Shown here piece by piece: positions 1 through 13,600 of a stretch of 64,000 bases of DNA. This DNA comes from Paramecium tetraurelia (lineage: Eukaryota). Positions within the stretch are counted from its first letter, which is position 1. Every line of letters starts with the position of its first letter. The translations under genes were made by a program, and so were the position numbers. The notes under the pieces are model-generated. The model made no database searches. It was not told the DNA's origin and saw only the letters and a list, made by a program, of their open reading frames with translations. The DNA is taken from contig CT868252.1 of assembly GCA_000165425.1 (NCBI GenBank), positions 124,001 to 188,000 on the forward strand, written 5' to 3'.

Positions 1-351
1 GTTTGGTTTAGAGTAACAAAAGAAAGAGACAGAGGAAGAGAAATAAAGAAGAAAAATCGATAGTAAGGTGCCTCCCAAACCATTCCCAGTGAAGGAAAGC
101 GAATACACAAAGCCAGCCTAAGGGATTAATGTTGGTATTCCATTTTTATTATATTTATAGGATCTCCAATTTACGAAACATCCAATATGTAATATGGACA
201 ATTAAACCCAACGAAATTTGAATTAATTGAAAAGTTTTATCCAAGAGATGCTAAATTCACTTAGGGATTCCAAGGACATACTTACAAATTTGACGGTCTT
301 ACCACTAGTGTTGCCTTTTCAAAAACCCACAAAGCTTTGGATGAGTACTGA
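1..351 (+). CDS. 3' part of Pierce1/C9orf116/FAP182-like ciliary microtubule inner protein (5' end outside window)
   Basis: After a 26-nt intron (135-160) it reads GSPIYETSNMQYGQLNPTKFELIEKFYPRDAKFTQGF...GLTTSVAFSKTHKALDEY*, resembling the YxTSxxxYG...P..F...F motif of the UPF0691/Pierce family. TGA at 349-351. Confidence 0.65.
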
Positions 352-408
352 TTAAAATTATAATATTATTTTATAAGTCATAATATAATCATATAAATAA
401 TTATTAAT

Positions 409-2421
409 TCACTTTTTAGGGAATGTCAAAGTAATCTTGAATTTTATTAGACTTCGTCAGATGTTCATATAGCTTTTTAAACTCTTCCTAGATCTCAGGA
501 AATCTAATAGCTTTTTGAGATATTATTTAGTAATTAATTGGTGAGTATATTGTGAGAGGATTATATGGGGGACATTCATCCAAGGCAATAAATGGGTTTA
601 ATTACCTAGACTAGATAATTTTTGTACCCATAACCATCTATGTAAATGCCCTCTTTTAAGGGATCAAATTAAGTTGCATACTTTTTTAAAAAGTCAAGAA
701 GAATAGATTTTTTATCATTTTGAGTGTAATGCTTGCACATATAGATGGCAGCTAACATTATTGACAAACAAAATGAAGATATTCCTCCTACAAAATTCAT
801 CTTGATAAATGATACCTGTATGAGCATCATTCAGATTTTTGGATTTGAGCAAATACTTTAAAATGAGCATTATATCCCTATACCAATAAAATCTATTCAC
901 CCAATCCTTGATGATCGTGGTTGAAGCAAATCCCAAGTGTGGATTGTTGTAGATATTGCTCCACTAGTAAATCCAAGTTAAATCCACTTGAATGATTTTG
1001 CCTAACATAAAAGGCTTGAACTACCTGAATCTTATTGATCCAAATGGAAACTTTGCCAATTCTGTTAAATATAAGCGTCATCATTGTAAAACGCAGTCTT
1101 GGGATTAAGCTCCAATTTCAGTATGGGCATATGACTTTGAATTAGTCTACAATTGGAATATAATCATACTTTGAATTGACTAAAAAAGGTGTCTATTTTA
1201 ATAGTTAATTTATTGACTATAAAAAGTTAACTATCTGATTATAACTCAACGTTTAAGTCCCCCAGATTCCTATATCAACATCACTTACTTCTAAATCTAG
1301 TCCCGTTTCGAAAGATCCATAAGCATATATATTAAGGTCTGAATTCATGGAAATAATATAATGTAATCTATTGAAGCATATTCGTTTTCGTATTTTATTT
1401 TAAAAACTCTTAACTTGTATGTTATTCACAAACTCATCGATGTCTTGTGTTTTAGATTTGTTTAGGTTTAATTATTTACGTTTAATAGGAGTAGTCTATG
1501 AAGAATATGGATATTGTTTGTTTCCAACTATTTCTACATTATTTTAATTTTTCTTTTTATATTTCTCCTTGTTGCTTTGCTTTTAGATACTTGAGTTCTT
1601 CTGATTGTTCTCATCCTATTACAATTGACAGTCGTCTGATTCTGATTGGGAATTCCCTGTTGTAGTACTTACAGCACCAATCTATATAATCTTGTTAATT
1701 TTACATGATTAAATTAGGCATCCAAATCACTGGAATCTTTTTTGGATTTCTGCTCTATTTTCTATATTTGATTCAAACTACTAACTATTTATTATTTTTA
1801 TGAAGTTGTTTAATACTTCATCTTATGAGTATTAGAGGGAGAAGTTTAATTACATTATTTCTCCTTAATCTATTATTCGATCTAAGGTTGTTGATGATGT
1901 TGTTTTTGGGTGAAGGTCTAGTTTTTTTGGGGTTTTTTTTGTGAATCCACTTTATTTTTCTTGTTCTTTGGCTTTTTATGTGTTTTCTTGTTAGGTTATT
2001 AAAATTATTGAGCAGTTGGTGGCAACTTAAATGCTTCAATATCACTTTGGTCTATCATTTACATTTCTAAACTTATATGAGAATATTAATTGTTTTGATT
2101 CTGTTATTAATGAATCACTTAAAATTCATCTTCAAGAACATTTAGAGATAAGTTTATCAGATTTTTTACACAATTGATGGGATCGAATTCATCATTCTTT
2201 CTTTTAAATTAAGTTTTCATCTAGAACTTAGAAAACATGATATTTACATTTCCACCTATGGTTCTTTCTTACAATGGGTCACATTCAGTGGATAACTTTT
2301 CTTTTTAGGCTTCTAATTATCTGTTTTTATAACGGAAAGTTTGTGTTCCTCTATTGACTTCATCAAACTTATTTTCACTAGTCTGGAAAGACGTACTTTA
2401 ATTTAGAATATAGGAAATCAT
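409..2421 (-). CDS. Non-canonical poly(A)/poly(U) polymerase (Trf4/PAPD5/Cid-like nucleotidyltransferase) with long Q/N/K-rich N-terminus
   Basis: Code-6 translation contains YAYGSFETGLDLEVSDVDIGI (GS plus DxD), MPILKL, IIQVDLTW (third Asp) and LKYLLKSKNLNDAHTGGISSFCLSIM, then a PAP-associated-like segment. Several 22-28-nt GT-AG introns. Confidence 0.85.
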
Positions 2422-2592
2422 TTATTAATTATTATAATCTTTTAATGCTTGTTATTTAATCATTTTCAAAGAGAGATATATATATCCTTTAATTTATAAG
2501 ATGTTGTATGATATGTAAGGTATGATATAAGAATATGAATAATATCTTAAAATATTGATTAAAATAAAGATTATTATATATTTAAATCTATG

Positions 2593-3726
2593 TCATTTAA
2601 TCATAATTTTATATTTTTTGGACACTTCTTCGCTATTGTCAAAGGGATCATCGACTGTTGACAATCTTTTAACATAACCTAAGGTTGTGTTTCCGAATAG
2701 AAATGACCCAGATGATTAATGTTATGGTGACAATAATTGAGTACTAAATGATGCTTTACTTTTGTTCTTAACTAATCGACCTCTAGCGGATTGTATTTTT
2801 AGTTTTTGATTAAATAATTCCAATTCATCCAACATTTTCTAATCTACTACCTTCCATTAGGGTTCTGTAAATTGTTTTTCCTCTTGAAAATGATCGTTCA
2901 ACTTATAAAATTATTATATTTATTATGTTAATCTTATGTAATCAGGAACCAAATTAAAAACCTAAAAGAATATAGGGTATTGTATTGATTGAAAATCAAG
3001 GATGAACTCCATTATTATCCTATTTATAAAAATAATTAGAACTTCTCAAAAAACAAGTAGATTGCTATCACGTCATTCCACACAAGTAATACAATTTCTC
3101 CAATTATTTCTTCTTGATGTTTGTCCAATTCGGATTTAATTATCTAATGATGAATTATATACTCATACTGGCATGTAGTTAAAAATAACTGTTAATAGAT
3201 TGATTGCTTTATAATAGTTAGATTAGTTTTCGATAAAACCTTAAATAATATTTAACATTACTGTCCAAAGTATAAGTCTTTTGTGATTTGGCCATTTTTA
3301 GTAAGTGCAGACCGTTGGCCAATCTTTGCAGCATTTCGAAATACATCATTATAAACTTCTCTTTGTCTTGGTTCTTCTCCCTACAACCTATTTTGCTTAG
3401 GTTTACTTATAACGAAATCCATCCCAATCGAGTAGAGATTCTGAAAATTATTCGCCGTGCATGAAATCATCCAAAAGAACATGGCAAGTGGCCAAGATTT
3501 TGAGTTTTACTCGATATGATACTTTATCAGGGAGAGACTAAAAGAATTTCTAAAAGGTTTTCTTGATTGGTTGTGGAGTGCGACAAATCAATTGTTTTTC
3601 TTAAGGGAATCCTTGCATGAGCTATTTTAGATCGGCAATGTTTAGAAAGGGTTTGCTATTCAAAATGGAACTAGTAAATAGAGCCTTCTCAAAATCTGTT
3701 TATTATTTGAAGAATTTGCTAAACAT
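2593..3726 (-). CDS. Putative ANTH/ENTH-like domain protein
   Basis: Starts MFSKFFKQQTDFEKAL and contains YRVKLKILATCHVLLDD, similar to the ANTH helix 'xxVxLKxLxxxHxLL'. Several tiny introns; ends EEVSKKYKIMIK*. Confidence 0.5.
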
Positions 3727-3768
3727 TGTAAAATTAATATATAATATATATTTAATATTCCTTTTTAT

Positions 3769-4272
3769 TCAATTGCTCATTTACCAACATTAATAAATGA
3801 AAGGGATCTTAACATAAATTGATTATTTTTACTTTGAATAAACATATCAAGGAGGAAAGAATCAATTCCAGAATGTGAAGTCCGAATTGCGAATTCCACA
3901 TTTCCAACTCCAGAGATCCGTTGACTTCTTAACTTGAATATTTCTTCATCTTGATCTTCAGATTGGCCATGAACCAAATGGCATCCAAAACAATTGTGAC
4001 CACTGTCAGATAAAAAACCTCCCTTAATTTGAAATTATACATATCGTAATATTTTGTTCTCGTGTTGATTTATTGAGTTGCTAAGATAGAGTAAGATGAA
4101 AAGCACAGTTAGAAATACAGGGCAATTGAAATCAAATTTGCTTAAGCAATTAATAATGCTCAAGTACTTGAATAGTTTCACCTCATCATACCACAATCGC
4201 TGTGCTGCAATTCTTTAGTGTTACATATCCAGAGGGGATCGTTGCTCCATTGTTATATCCGCTGATATACAT
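3769..4272 (-). CDS. Small multi-pass membrane protein, unknown function
   Basis: Spliced frame gives hydrophobic segments VFLTVLFILLYL, VFYLTVVTIVLDAIWF and LHILELILSSLICLF, with about 3 introns. The start is uncertain (ATG at 4272 or about 4250). Confidence 0.55.
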
Positions 4273-4298
4273 TTTTATTTGTTTTTTTAATTTATATT

Positions 4299-7200
4299 AT
4301 GGATAAAAGAAAGTTGTTATTTGAGGACAATTTGAAAACCAATTTCTAGGATTTCAATAATGACTTCAAGGACAATAAACTCAAAGTCAATGATATCAAA
4401 AACAGAGACTAATCCAATAAGAGAGTATCCACCAAGTATTTCAATTTGAAATGTTAGATAACCATATGAAGCAAATAATAAATCAAATGAATTGAACAAT
4501 AAAACTAACTCTAGTTTTTCAATCTATCAGGATAATGATACATCCTATTTCAGAAAGAGGATAGAAGATCTATAATTCAGAGTTGACTCTTAGGACTTAA
4601 AATTGAAGGCAAAAGATAAGGAAATACAACATCAACAATCTTAGATTAAACAATATATTCTTGAATTGCATCAGATCCAAATTATAGAGAAAGATTATAA
4701 AGAGTAGATCATTGCTCTAAACAGTGTGCTCTCCTAATGGAAAGATAAATATTTTGCCAATCTCAAAGAATACTAATATAAATTAGCTACAATAACTAGA
4801 CAAGCATCACAGGACTAGAATTCTTTGAAGAAAAAATATGAAGAAATCATAGAACAGCAATAAAAGGAGATCGAGTAGATTGAGTTAAGATTTGAAAATG
4901 AAAGGGATAATATCTATAAATCTATGGAATTATAAAATAAATCATAACATATAAATGAAGAGATAAATGTAAGAAATTCTCTAAGCATATAATAGGAATT
5001 GATATCGAAATATGATGAATTAGAGACTGAGAATATGGGATTAAGAGAAAAAATACTAGTGTTTGAAGCTAATTAAGATGAACTCAAATTTCACATCTAA
5101 TAAATCTCTGGCAGATTATTAGAACAAGTGAACAAGACTGTTTAAGTATTATATTTATAAAATACATTAGCTTGAATAATAGAAATAATAGGAAATCTAA
5201 AATTGTTAGAACTTATTATTGGCAAAGGATAAACAAATCAATAATCTGTTAATACAAATTGAAGAATCTAAGAATGATGAGTAATATCTCGATTAAGAAA
5301 AGCTAGTACAATTAGAAAATCTGAACAATTAATTAATTGAGTAAAATTCATAATTAGAAGATGAAAATCAAAAATTGAAAACATAACATTCCGATTAATT
5401 CGAGTAAGAGAATGAAGAACTAAAACTCATCATTCAAAAATAGAAATAATAAATTTAAAAATAATAATAAGAATTGACTTAATATATCTAACAAAAAAAC
5501 TAATTTGAATAGCTATCAATCTCAGAAGCAAATTTAAAATCATAAGAATAATAAGTTGAATTTAATGCAATACTTCAATAATTAAGTTAGGCAGAATAGG
5601 AATGTGAAAAATTAAGACAATAGAATCATACCCTCTAAAATAGTATATCTAATTAGTAGATCTTTGGATATTAGAAGGATGAATTATTAGAATAGATTGA
5701 ATCATATGTAAGAGATATTAAGGAGAAAGATGAAGTGATATAATCATAAAGAATAAATTAAAAAGAATTTGAGAAGGTATTGGCTCAATATAGAGCAGAA
5801 AATAAAGAATATAAAACAAAAAATGAGCTATTGTCAAATTAAAATGAAATATCAACACTTTAAATAGAAGAAATATTGAGGGAAAAATAACAATTATAAA
5901 AGTAGTTAGAAAGTTTAGCAAATGAAAATAAATTATAAACTAAAGAAATTCAAAATCTCTAAGAAACTATTAATATATAGATGAGAAAAGAAAATGACAA
6001 TTCATTAATTATGAAGATAGAGAATTTGAAAAACAAGAATTCCATTCTTTAAGAATAAAATATTATGCTTTCATAAAAGGCAGATGAAGTTTTGGAGGAA
6101 TTTGAACAAAAAACTAAATTTTATTAACTAGAAATTGCTGAAACATAAGAATTATATAATTTAATTTCCCTTTAATTAAATGAAAAAGAACTCAAATTGA
6201 AACAACTTGAAGAAAACCTGGTTTTATAAAAGGAACATTCGTAATAACTATTTGAAAACAATTAAACTTTGCAGGAAGATCAAAGGCTATATCATTAACA
6301 ATTGTCTAATTTCAAATAAATAACTGAGGATACTTAAATCTATGATGTTGATTTTTAAAATCAACTTTAGGACTAGTAAATAAAGTCTAAGACTTCTGAT
6401 AGATAAAAAGGCTTCGAATTTAACAATGTGGAAGAGCGGTAAGAAATCACAACTTATGTGAGTAAATAAGAAAATAATTAAAATGAAGAGCTTCTATAAA
6501 TGATAAACGATTTTGATTTGTAATTAAGATCAGAAAAAGAATTAAATGAAAATCTAAATCTTCAGCTTCAAAATTTGCAAGGTGAATTTTTAGCATTGTA
6601 AGAGGATAAGCTTAAATCTTTAATATAAACTGAGAAATAAGAGGAATAGATAAAATAACTAACATAAAAATTAACAGAATAAAAACTATTAAATGAAGAT
6701 TTACAATAAACATATCAGAGTAATTTAGAGATCGAATTAGAAAAAAATAAAAACACTTTTGAAAATACAATAAACTTATTGCAAGAAGAAAAAGATTAAC
6801 TAAAATAAAAAACTATTGAAGCCATATAGGAAAACATCGATTTATAAAATAAATTATAATAGTTTGAAACAGAATTATTATAAAAACAATTATAATTATC
6901 AAGAATTGATCATTAATAGGTAGTTGAATCATATGAAAATGAGAATAGCAATAACTTTGAACTTGAGTAGTCAACAGAAGGAAGACAATACTTAATAGTT
7001 AAAAATGAAAAAAGTGAATAAGTAAATAATTAGTAAGAAGATGATGTGTAAGTTTAGGAATTTATGAAGGATGAAAATAGTTAAATTAAAAAACTAGAAT
7101 AAGAATTTGAGTTCTAATAGTAAGCTTAGGTTCCATTGAATTAAAAAGGACTGAGAGAATAAATAGTATCTTCATTTGAATAAAGCTCATAAAGTGTAGA

Positions 7201-7470
7201 ATAAGCATCAAATTAAGAAACTCTCGTCTTAAAATTAATTGAAAAGATTAATTTTGATGAACACTCTGTTTTATCAAATCCAAAACCTGAACAATAGGAA
7301 CTATTTGAGGTCGACTAGCAACCCAAGGAAGTTTCCTTTAACTAACAACAAGACGACCCTTCTAAAATTTCCAAAGAATTAGCGAATAATTTGATTAATG
7401 TAATAATTTTATTTATTTATAGAATGTCTTAATTGATGCAATCGAATCAGTACTTAATTTAAGTAAGTGA
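4299..7470 (+). CDS. Large Q/E/K-rich coiled-coil protein (about 1000 aa)
   Basis: Starts MDKRKLLFEDN; long heptad-like frame that is open only under TAR=Gln, with a few tiny introns. TGA at 7468-7470. Confidence 0.75.
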
Positions 7471-7958
7471 ATTATTAATGTATATCATTTAAAACTTAAA
7501 TTTATATCAATCAACTTAAATTGTATATTCCCTATTAATATATAATTATCTAATAATTTTATATATCTAACCGATCAAATGGCATCCTACATCCATTATG
7601 AATATTGATAAGACTATCTTATTGGTAAAATATCTAAGTTATATATTTTTTAACTTAAACTTCTTTTACACAATACTAAATACTTTTAATTTTATACAAA
7701 AAAAATTTAATAAAAAATATACTCTGAATAATTATGATAATATTTAATTATAACATAATAGAAAAAGCACATATAATAATCCTAATATATAAAATATATA
7801 ATCCCTTATACAATTAGAGAAATCAATTTAATTACTTAAACAGCACATAGAATATTGTCATTTAAGTGAAAAATTAATTATAATTAATAATACTTTATAA
7901 GTTAATAACTTAATTCTCCAGATATATAATATTGTTGTCCTAAAATTTAACAAATAAA

Positions 7959-8597
7959 TCAGCAACAACTGTCTTATTTTTTTGGTTTTTCCTCTTAAGG
8001 CAATGGAGTTTGTAAATATTATTGGGGTTGTGGTTTTCTTACTTTTCCAGCGATTCCTGTTTCCTGAATTTACTGAGTAAAAGCTTGAAATGCAGCTTCC
8101 ACCTAGTTGATATTAATGATAAATACTTGATCACTTGTTTTTGCACTAACTTCAAAGAATTTTAGATTATATTCTTTGGCCATTTCTTCAGCCATAGCTG
8201 TGGTTACTTATCTAGATTCATCGGTTGCTAAATCGCTTTTGTTTCCCAAAAGCATCAACAATACATTTTCGTCTGCATAATGATTGAGTTCGTTCATCCA
8301 ATATTTACGGATATCTTCAAAAGACTTAAGGTTTGTAATATCGTAAACAACAACGATTCCTTATGCTCCTTTGTAGTAAGAGTTAGTAATATTTCTAAAT
8401 CTCTCCTAACCAGCGGTATCCCATATCTACAATTTAACTCCCTATCCATTAACCCTAAGCGATTTAAAACGAAAATCAACTCCGATTGTGCTGAGATACA
8501 TATCTCTGAATTAATCATCGCAGAATCGAATAAGCAATGAAGACTTTCCAACAGCACTATTCCCTACTATTACTATTTTGTATAATTACTCCTCCAT
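7959..8597 (-). CDS. Rab GTPase (Rab1/Rab8-like group)
   Basis: GNSAVGKSS, TIGVDF, IWDTAGQERFR, YYKGAQG, GNKSDL, FEVSAK and a C-terminal DSCC* geranylgeranylation motif. One intron near 8104-8127. Confidence 0.95.
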
Positions 8598-9033
8598 TTT
8601 TTAAATTATTATTTTACAAGAATTCATCGTCACTTATTAGATATCATTCTGTATTCATTCATTTAAATAAATGATGTAAATATATATTGTATATGCACTC
8701 CACATCAATTTATTTAATTAATCGGCCATTCTTAATTATTTTCAATCAAGAGTCCTTCTCAGATTCTACATCCACAATTTTTGTGAAAACTATAAATGTG
8801 AATTAGATATCGAGAAGCATTCAAAATATTCCAATTCATAGTCAATTTACTTATTAGCATCATTATTTATAAAATTACTGCAAGTTCTACATATATTTTG
8901 ATATCTATAAAATTTATAATTCACATTAATTTATGTTCCTATTCCATAAAACTGTTTTTGATTTATAGAATGAGACTCTTGATATTCAACTTGCAGTTTG
9001 CTTTTTACTTTATTAATCAACAACAAAAAATCA

Positions 9034-9443
9034 ATGTATTCGAACATGATTTAAGGAATACCAGTCTCCATGTATAGTCTTTTTTAATATTCTCTAGGGA
9101 CTAGAACTCCTCTTGTTATGCCAAGCAAAATAATATTGTTTATGAAAATGTAGTAATGGTCAATAAGTAATTTCTCAACATTATTCATAGATAACTTCCC
9201 TTATGGGCCAATGATTAAGAAAAATAAACTGAAATATAATGTTAGTTTTGTAAACGTCCAATCATTACGTTAACGAAATAAAGAATTGGAAAAGGTTCTA
9301 TAGTATGTTCACTTATTTTAATCTTAACCTTTCCAATACTGTTTTGGTTGCCTTGTTATAAAGAGTCTTGCCAAGATGTAGTTCATTTATGTCCTAATTG
9401 CGGTCATATAGTTGGCGAAAAACTCTATAAACCATGTTCTTGA
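9034..9443 (+). CDS. LITAF-domain zinc-ribbon membrane protein
   Basis: IQCQFCKRPIIT...hydrophobic stretch...LFWLPCYKESCQDVVHLCPNCGHIVG, the CxxC / HxCxxC LITAF pattern. Two introns. Confidence 0.85.
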
Positions 9444-9599
9444 ATTATAAATTGATATTATATTGCTATCTGTTTTAAAGTTAATCAAATTTAATCGAAT
9501 TCTAATTGCTTACAATTAATCTCCAAGATCAGAACATATTGTTATTATCAAATAATATATTCAATTCAGAATTAGAACTAAAATTAATTGCCTAAATTT

Positions 9600-10090
9600 A
9601 TTTCGTTATTATTAGAAATCTTTAAGAAATTACAAATAGCCACAATTTTAGCAAGATTATATAAGTTTATTCATTTCGAGCAGGATCTCTATAATAAGGC
9701 ATTTGTAGCCATTAATTTGAGTAACAGAAAAGGAAACCAAATTTTATAGTAAATTCTAATTTAAGAGATACTTAGCTAGAATTAATAAAGGTTTTTCTAA
9801 ATACCAAAATCAAATTAGTCAGAAAAAGACCCTTAAATATTAAATTAGAAAATAAATATGACAAAAAAGATTAAGAAACAATACTTATCATTGTAGATAT
9901 TAGTTTAAGCAAATTTTTCAAAAGGTGAAAATGATTCACAGAAATTATCATGCAAATATTACAGATCTTTTGAGAGAGATATAATCATTTATTGGAACAA
10001 TCTGCTACAAGAGCATCAATACATATCTAAGATTTTCAATAAATAGACGGTTAAATTGGAGTTTTTGGGTTATACGTTTAAGGAATTTTA
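9600..10090 (+). pseudogene. Decayed casein kinase 1 (CK1)-like relic
   Basis: Collinear degraded motifs NIKLEN, IIVDISLSKFF, SFIGTICYKSINTYL and RR/LEFLGYTF (compare CK1 DIKPEN, IIDFGLAK, LTGTARYASINTH, RRDDLESLGY), with frameshifts and in-frame TGA. Confidence 0.6.
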
Positions 10091-10634
10091 TGATAAATTT
10101 AATATTGATAATGGAATTTCTCAATCACTTAATATTTTGGATATTCTGTGTAGTTTTATATATGTGACAATGTATAATATTTATTAGCTGATTCAAATAC
10201 ATTATCTATTAATTTAATAAATATCAAATTCAGGCTTAAAGAAGGTCTAATTCATTTAATTTAATAATTCTCATAAATTTTTTGTTGAAATCAAATTCTT
10301 TATTTTTCTTTCTTCAATCTCTTGATGTAATTTTTCTTCTTTTATTTTATCTTTAGGTTATTTCGTATACTTCAAAATCGAATAAATGATAGATTCTATC
10401 ATTTTTTCATAGTAATGCTATTATGATATATCAATTAGGCAATAGTAACATAATTTATAATCCTTTTGATATAAATAAAATTGAGAATTAACTACATTAT
10501 CGAAAGTAAAGTTATTTTGGAGATTATTAGTGCATTAATTAAAAAAGTTAATTACTATTATTTAGATACTTAATACTGAAATCAGGATTTAAAAATCTTT
10601 GATTTTAATTTATAATTATTTATAAATAATTAAA

Positions 10635-13600
10635 ATGGGTCAAGAGCAATCAAAATTATTTAAGCGTCAACCTTGTACCTTACAATACAAATATGATGAT
10701 CATGTAACTTTTAATAATAGATAAATAGGATATATCATTGAAATTCGACCCTAAAGCAAAGGTGGGATACCAAAAACCTTTGCGATTTTAGGAAATTGTA
10801 CATATAAATCCAGCATTACGAGATTTGGATAAGGGTAAAATAAAGGGCATTTATTTTAGATATCCTCATCTAATTGCAATTTTTACATGAGCAAGCACTC
10901 AAATTAATCATTTTTGAGAAATTAAAGAAATGCGATGAATTAGTGATATTGTACTAAGCTACCAAATTCATTGTTAATTGTACTTCAAATGAGTGCTTGG
11001 AACTTATTAATACTTTTAATATCATCAACATCTTAACTTAAAAGCAGGAACAGGACTTAGACAAATAAATATTGATTATTATTATTATACACAACATTGT
11101 TGGCAAACTACCTTCAATTATATTGGAATAATAATAAATATTATGGCTGATTAGACATTTGAATCCTTATAATGCTCTAAATGTTGCTTTAATTTTATAG
11201 ATATTAGCAGATATTTGTGTAAATCAAGATAAATGCATTGAGAATATCATTGAAATTCTAAATAAACTCAAGGATGAAGCCAAATGGAGATTTGCCACTG
11301 AACCCATATTCAAAATCATGGAAGTCTAATAAAACATTTATCTAATAAGAGATGCATGCACATTTATAAATGCTTTAGCAGAGACTCATTCAGATGACGA
11401 AATGTGTGAATTGATTAAATAATAAATCCAGCAATATGGTCTAACAGTAATTTATGATGATGTAAAGCTAAAACTCAAAAATTAAGAATATTAAATATCT
11501 CATTGCTCTTATGAATATGCTATGCAATTTTTGTATGACTAAAAATATATTCCGCATTACTCTCAAGTTGATAACTACTATTTCAACAATCTTTAGGAAT
11601 TTGATCCCAAAAAGCCATTGATATTTAAATATGGATACTTTGATGAAATTTTTAATACAGATCCAGACTATTTTGAAATGTAAAAGAATCAACTTTAAGT
11701 TTAATTGGATGTTTATGATTAATTCATTTAGCCAGCTTTCAATCCAAATAAAACTATGTTGGAAAGGTAAAATCCCTTATTTTTATCTACTATAACCAAA
11801 AAAGGAAGTGAGGAGGGTTTAGTTGGTGCTTTGAAAGGATTATGGGAAAATAAACCAAGTGAAACAACAAATTAATAGATTATATTGAATGCCATCAAAA
11901 AGGCCAACTCATTGCCTGAAATACAAGAATTACTTGTTAAATTGAATGAGGAATCTTCTGGGGTTTCTGTTCTGTCTAGATTGATCGATTTGTTAACAAG
12001 AAAATTGGATCAGATTATGGCAGATTAAAAGAAAAGAGATCAAATGAAGAAGGAAAGGGAAGAAGGATATAAATAATAAATTGTAATCCATATATATATA
12101 GTAGGCATATTTACAATTAGAAATTAAACAGAGAACTAGCTAGGAAAGTTAAAGAGATTTAAAGAACCTTAATGAAAAACTAAATCAACTCATAGATGAA
12201 AACAAAAAGTTGCAAGATCAAAGCTAATAATACTCTTAACTCAAAAATAAATTCTAAGATATGTCAGGTTAATTGTTAGAAGCTTAGAAGGTTATGGCTA
12301 AAGCCTAATAAGTAGCAGAATTAGAAGCAAAGTTAGAAGAATATGCTAGTGAAATAAACAGATTAAAAACTACTCATATTCAACCCTAATTATGTAAAAT
12401 ACAGGCATCAGATGGAGGCTCAGAACCTCCTCCTAACCCAACTGACAATATTACAACAGTTTAAGCAGCTCCTTAAAAGGCTGCTCCACCACCTCCTCCT
12501 CCTCCACCTCCACCGCCACCTCCCCCTTCGGCAAAATCTTAAGTTCCACCTCCACCACCACCTCCTCCCTCTGTTCCTAAATCTACTAACAATTCTGCAC
12601 CTCCTCCACCGCCACCACCACCTCCTCCCCCAGGAGGCAAAACTGGAGCTCCACCTCCACCACCTCCTCCCCCTGGAGCTAAAGCTGGTGGTCCTCCTCC
12701 TCCACCTCCTCCACCTGGTGGAAAAGCTCCTCCTCTTCCTAATGCAAAACCTGCTGTACCAACAAAACCTAAATGTTAACCAACAGTGCCAATGAAAGGA
12801 TTAAGTTGGAATATTTTAAAACCAGATTAAATTGGAAATTCAGTATTTTAAGGAATGAATGAGAATGAAATTAAATTTGATATTAAATCTTTAGAAGAGA
12901 AATTCGCTTCTAAACCTGCAAAATAAATCCAATAGAGTGTTGGTGCAAGCGATAAAAAAAAAGAAGTTTAGAAAATCAGTTTATTGAGTGGGGAGAGAAC
13001 AAAGAATATAGAGCTCATATTGGGTAAATTAAGAATGAGTAATGAAAAAATAAAGAATGCTTTATTAGAATGCGATAAATCAACCTTGAATTTAAATGTG
13101 ATAGAATCTTTATTAAATGTTGTTCCAACTGATTAAGAAAGATCTTTGTATGCAAATCCCGAAGAATTAGATAGGGAGAGTTTATAATTGTCTGATCTAT
13201 TTTACTTAGAGTTGTGTTAGGTTCCAGCACATGCAGATAGAATGTAGGCTATTAGAGCTGAGTTTTTGGGAATAGACATGTGTAAGGAATGCAGAGGAAA
13301 ATTAAAACAATTAAAGAAGGGATTTGAATTTTAGAAGAATGATGAACCATTCAAATTATTGATAAAATGCACATTAGCCATAGGTAATTATGTAAATGGG
13401 GATTCTGCTAGAGGTGGAGCCTTTGGGTTCAAAATAGATGCTATAGCAAAAGCAGCAGATATAAAGAGTACAGATGGAAAAGAAACATTATTAATGAGTA
13501 TTGTTTAAGAGTGCGAATAAATTTATGAAAAGCAAGGAAAGGGACCATTTTTCTCAAATGATCGCAATGATCTTCTTGAATTTATGTGTAAATTACCTAT

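Noticed and set aside
1905..1945. G/T-rich tract resembling telomeric repeats
   Set aside because: It is not tandem G3-4T2-3, and it encodes a K/Q/P-rich segment of the minus-strand nucleotidyltransferase.
7471..7958. Long AT-rich spacer as a possible retained IES or mobile element
   Set aside because: No clear TA-bounded inverted consensus ends, terminal repeats or transposase fragments. Genes across the window are uninterrupted, as expected for macronuclear DNA.
8280..8557. Overlapping ORFs on both strands in the track
   Set aside because: They are antisense and off-frame shadows of the Rab gene. Most other short track ORFs are similar shadows or TAR-truncated fragments.
12412..12795. 127-aa Leu/His-rich ORF in the supplied track
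   Set aside because: It is an off-frame reading of the formin poly-proline codons.
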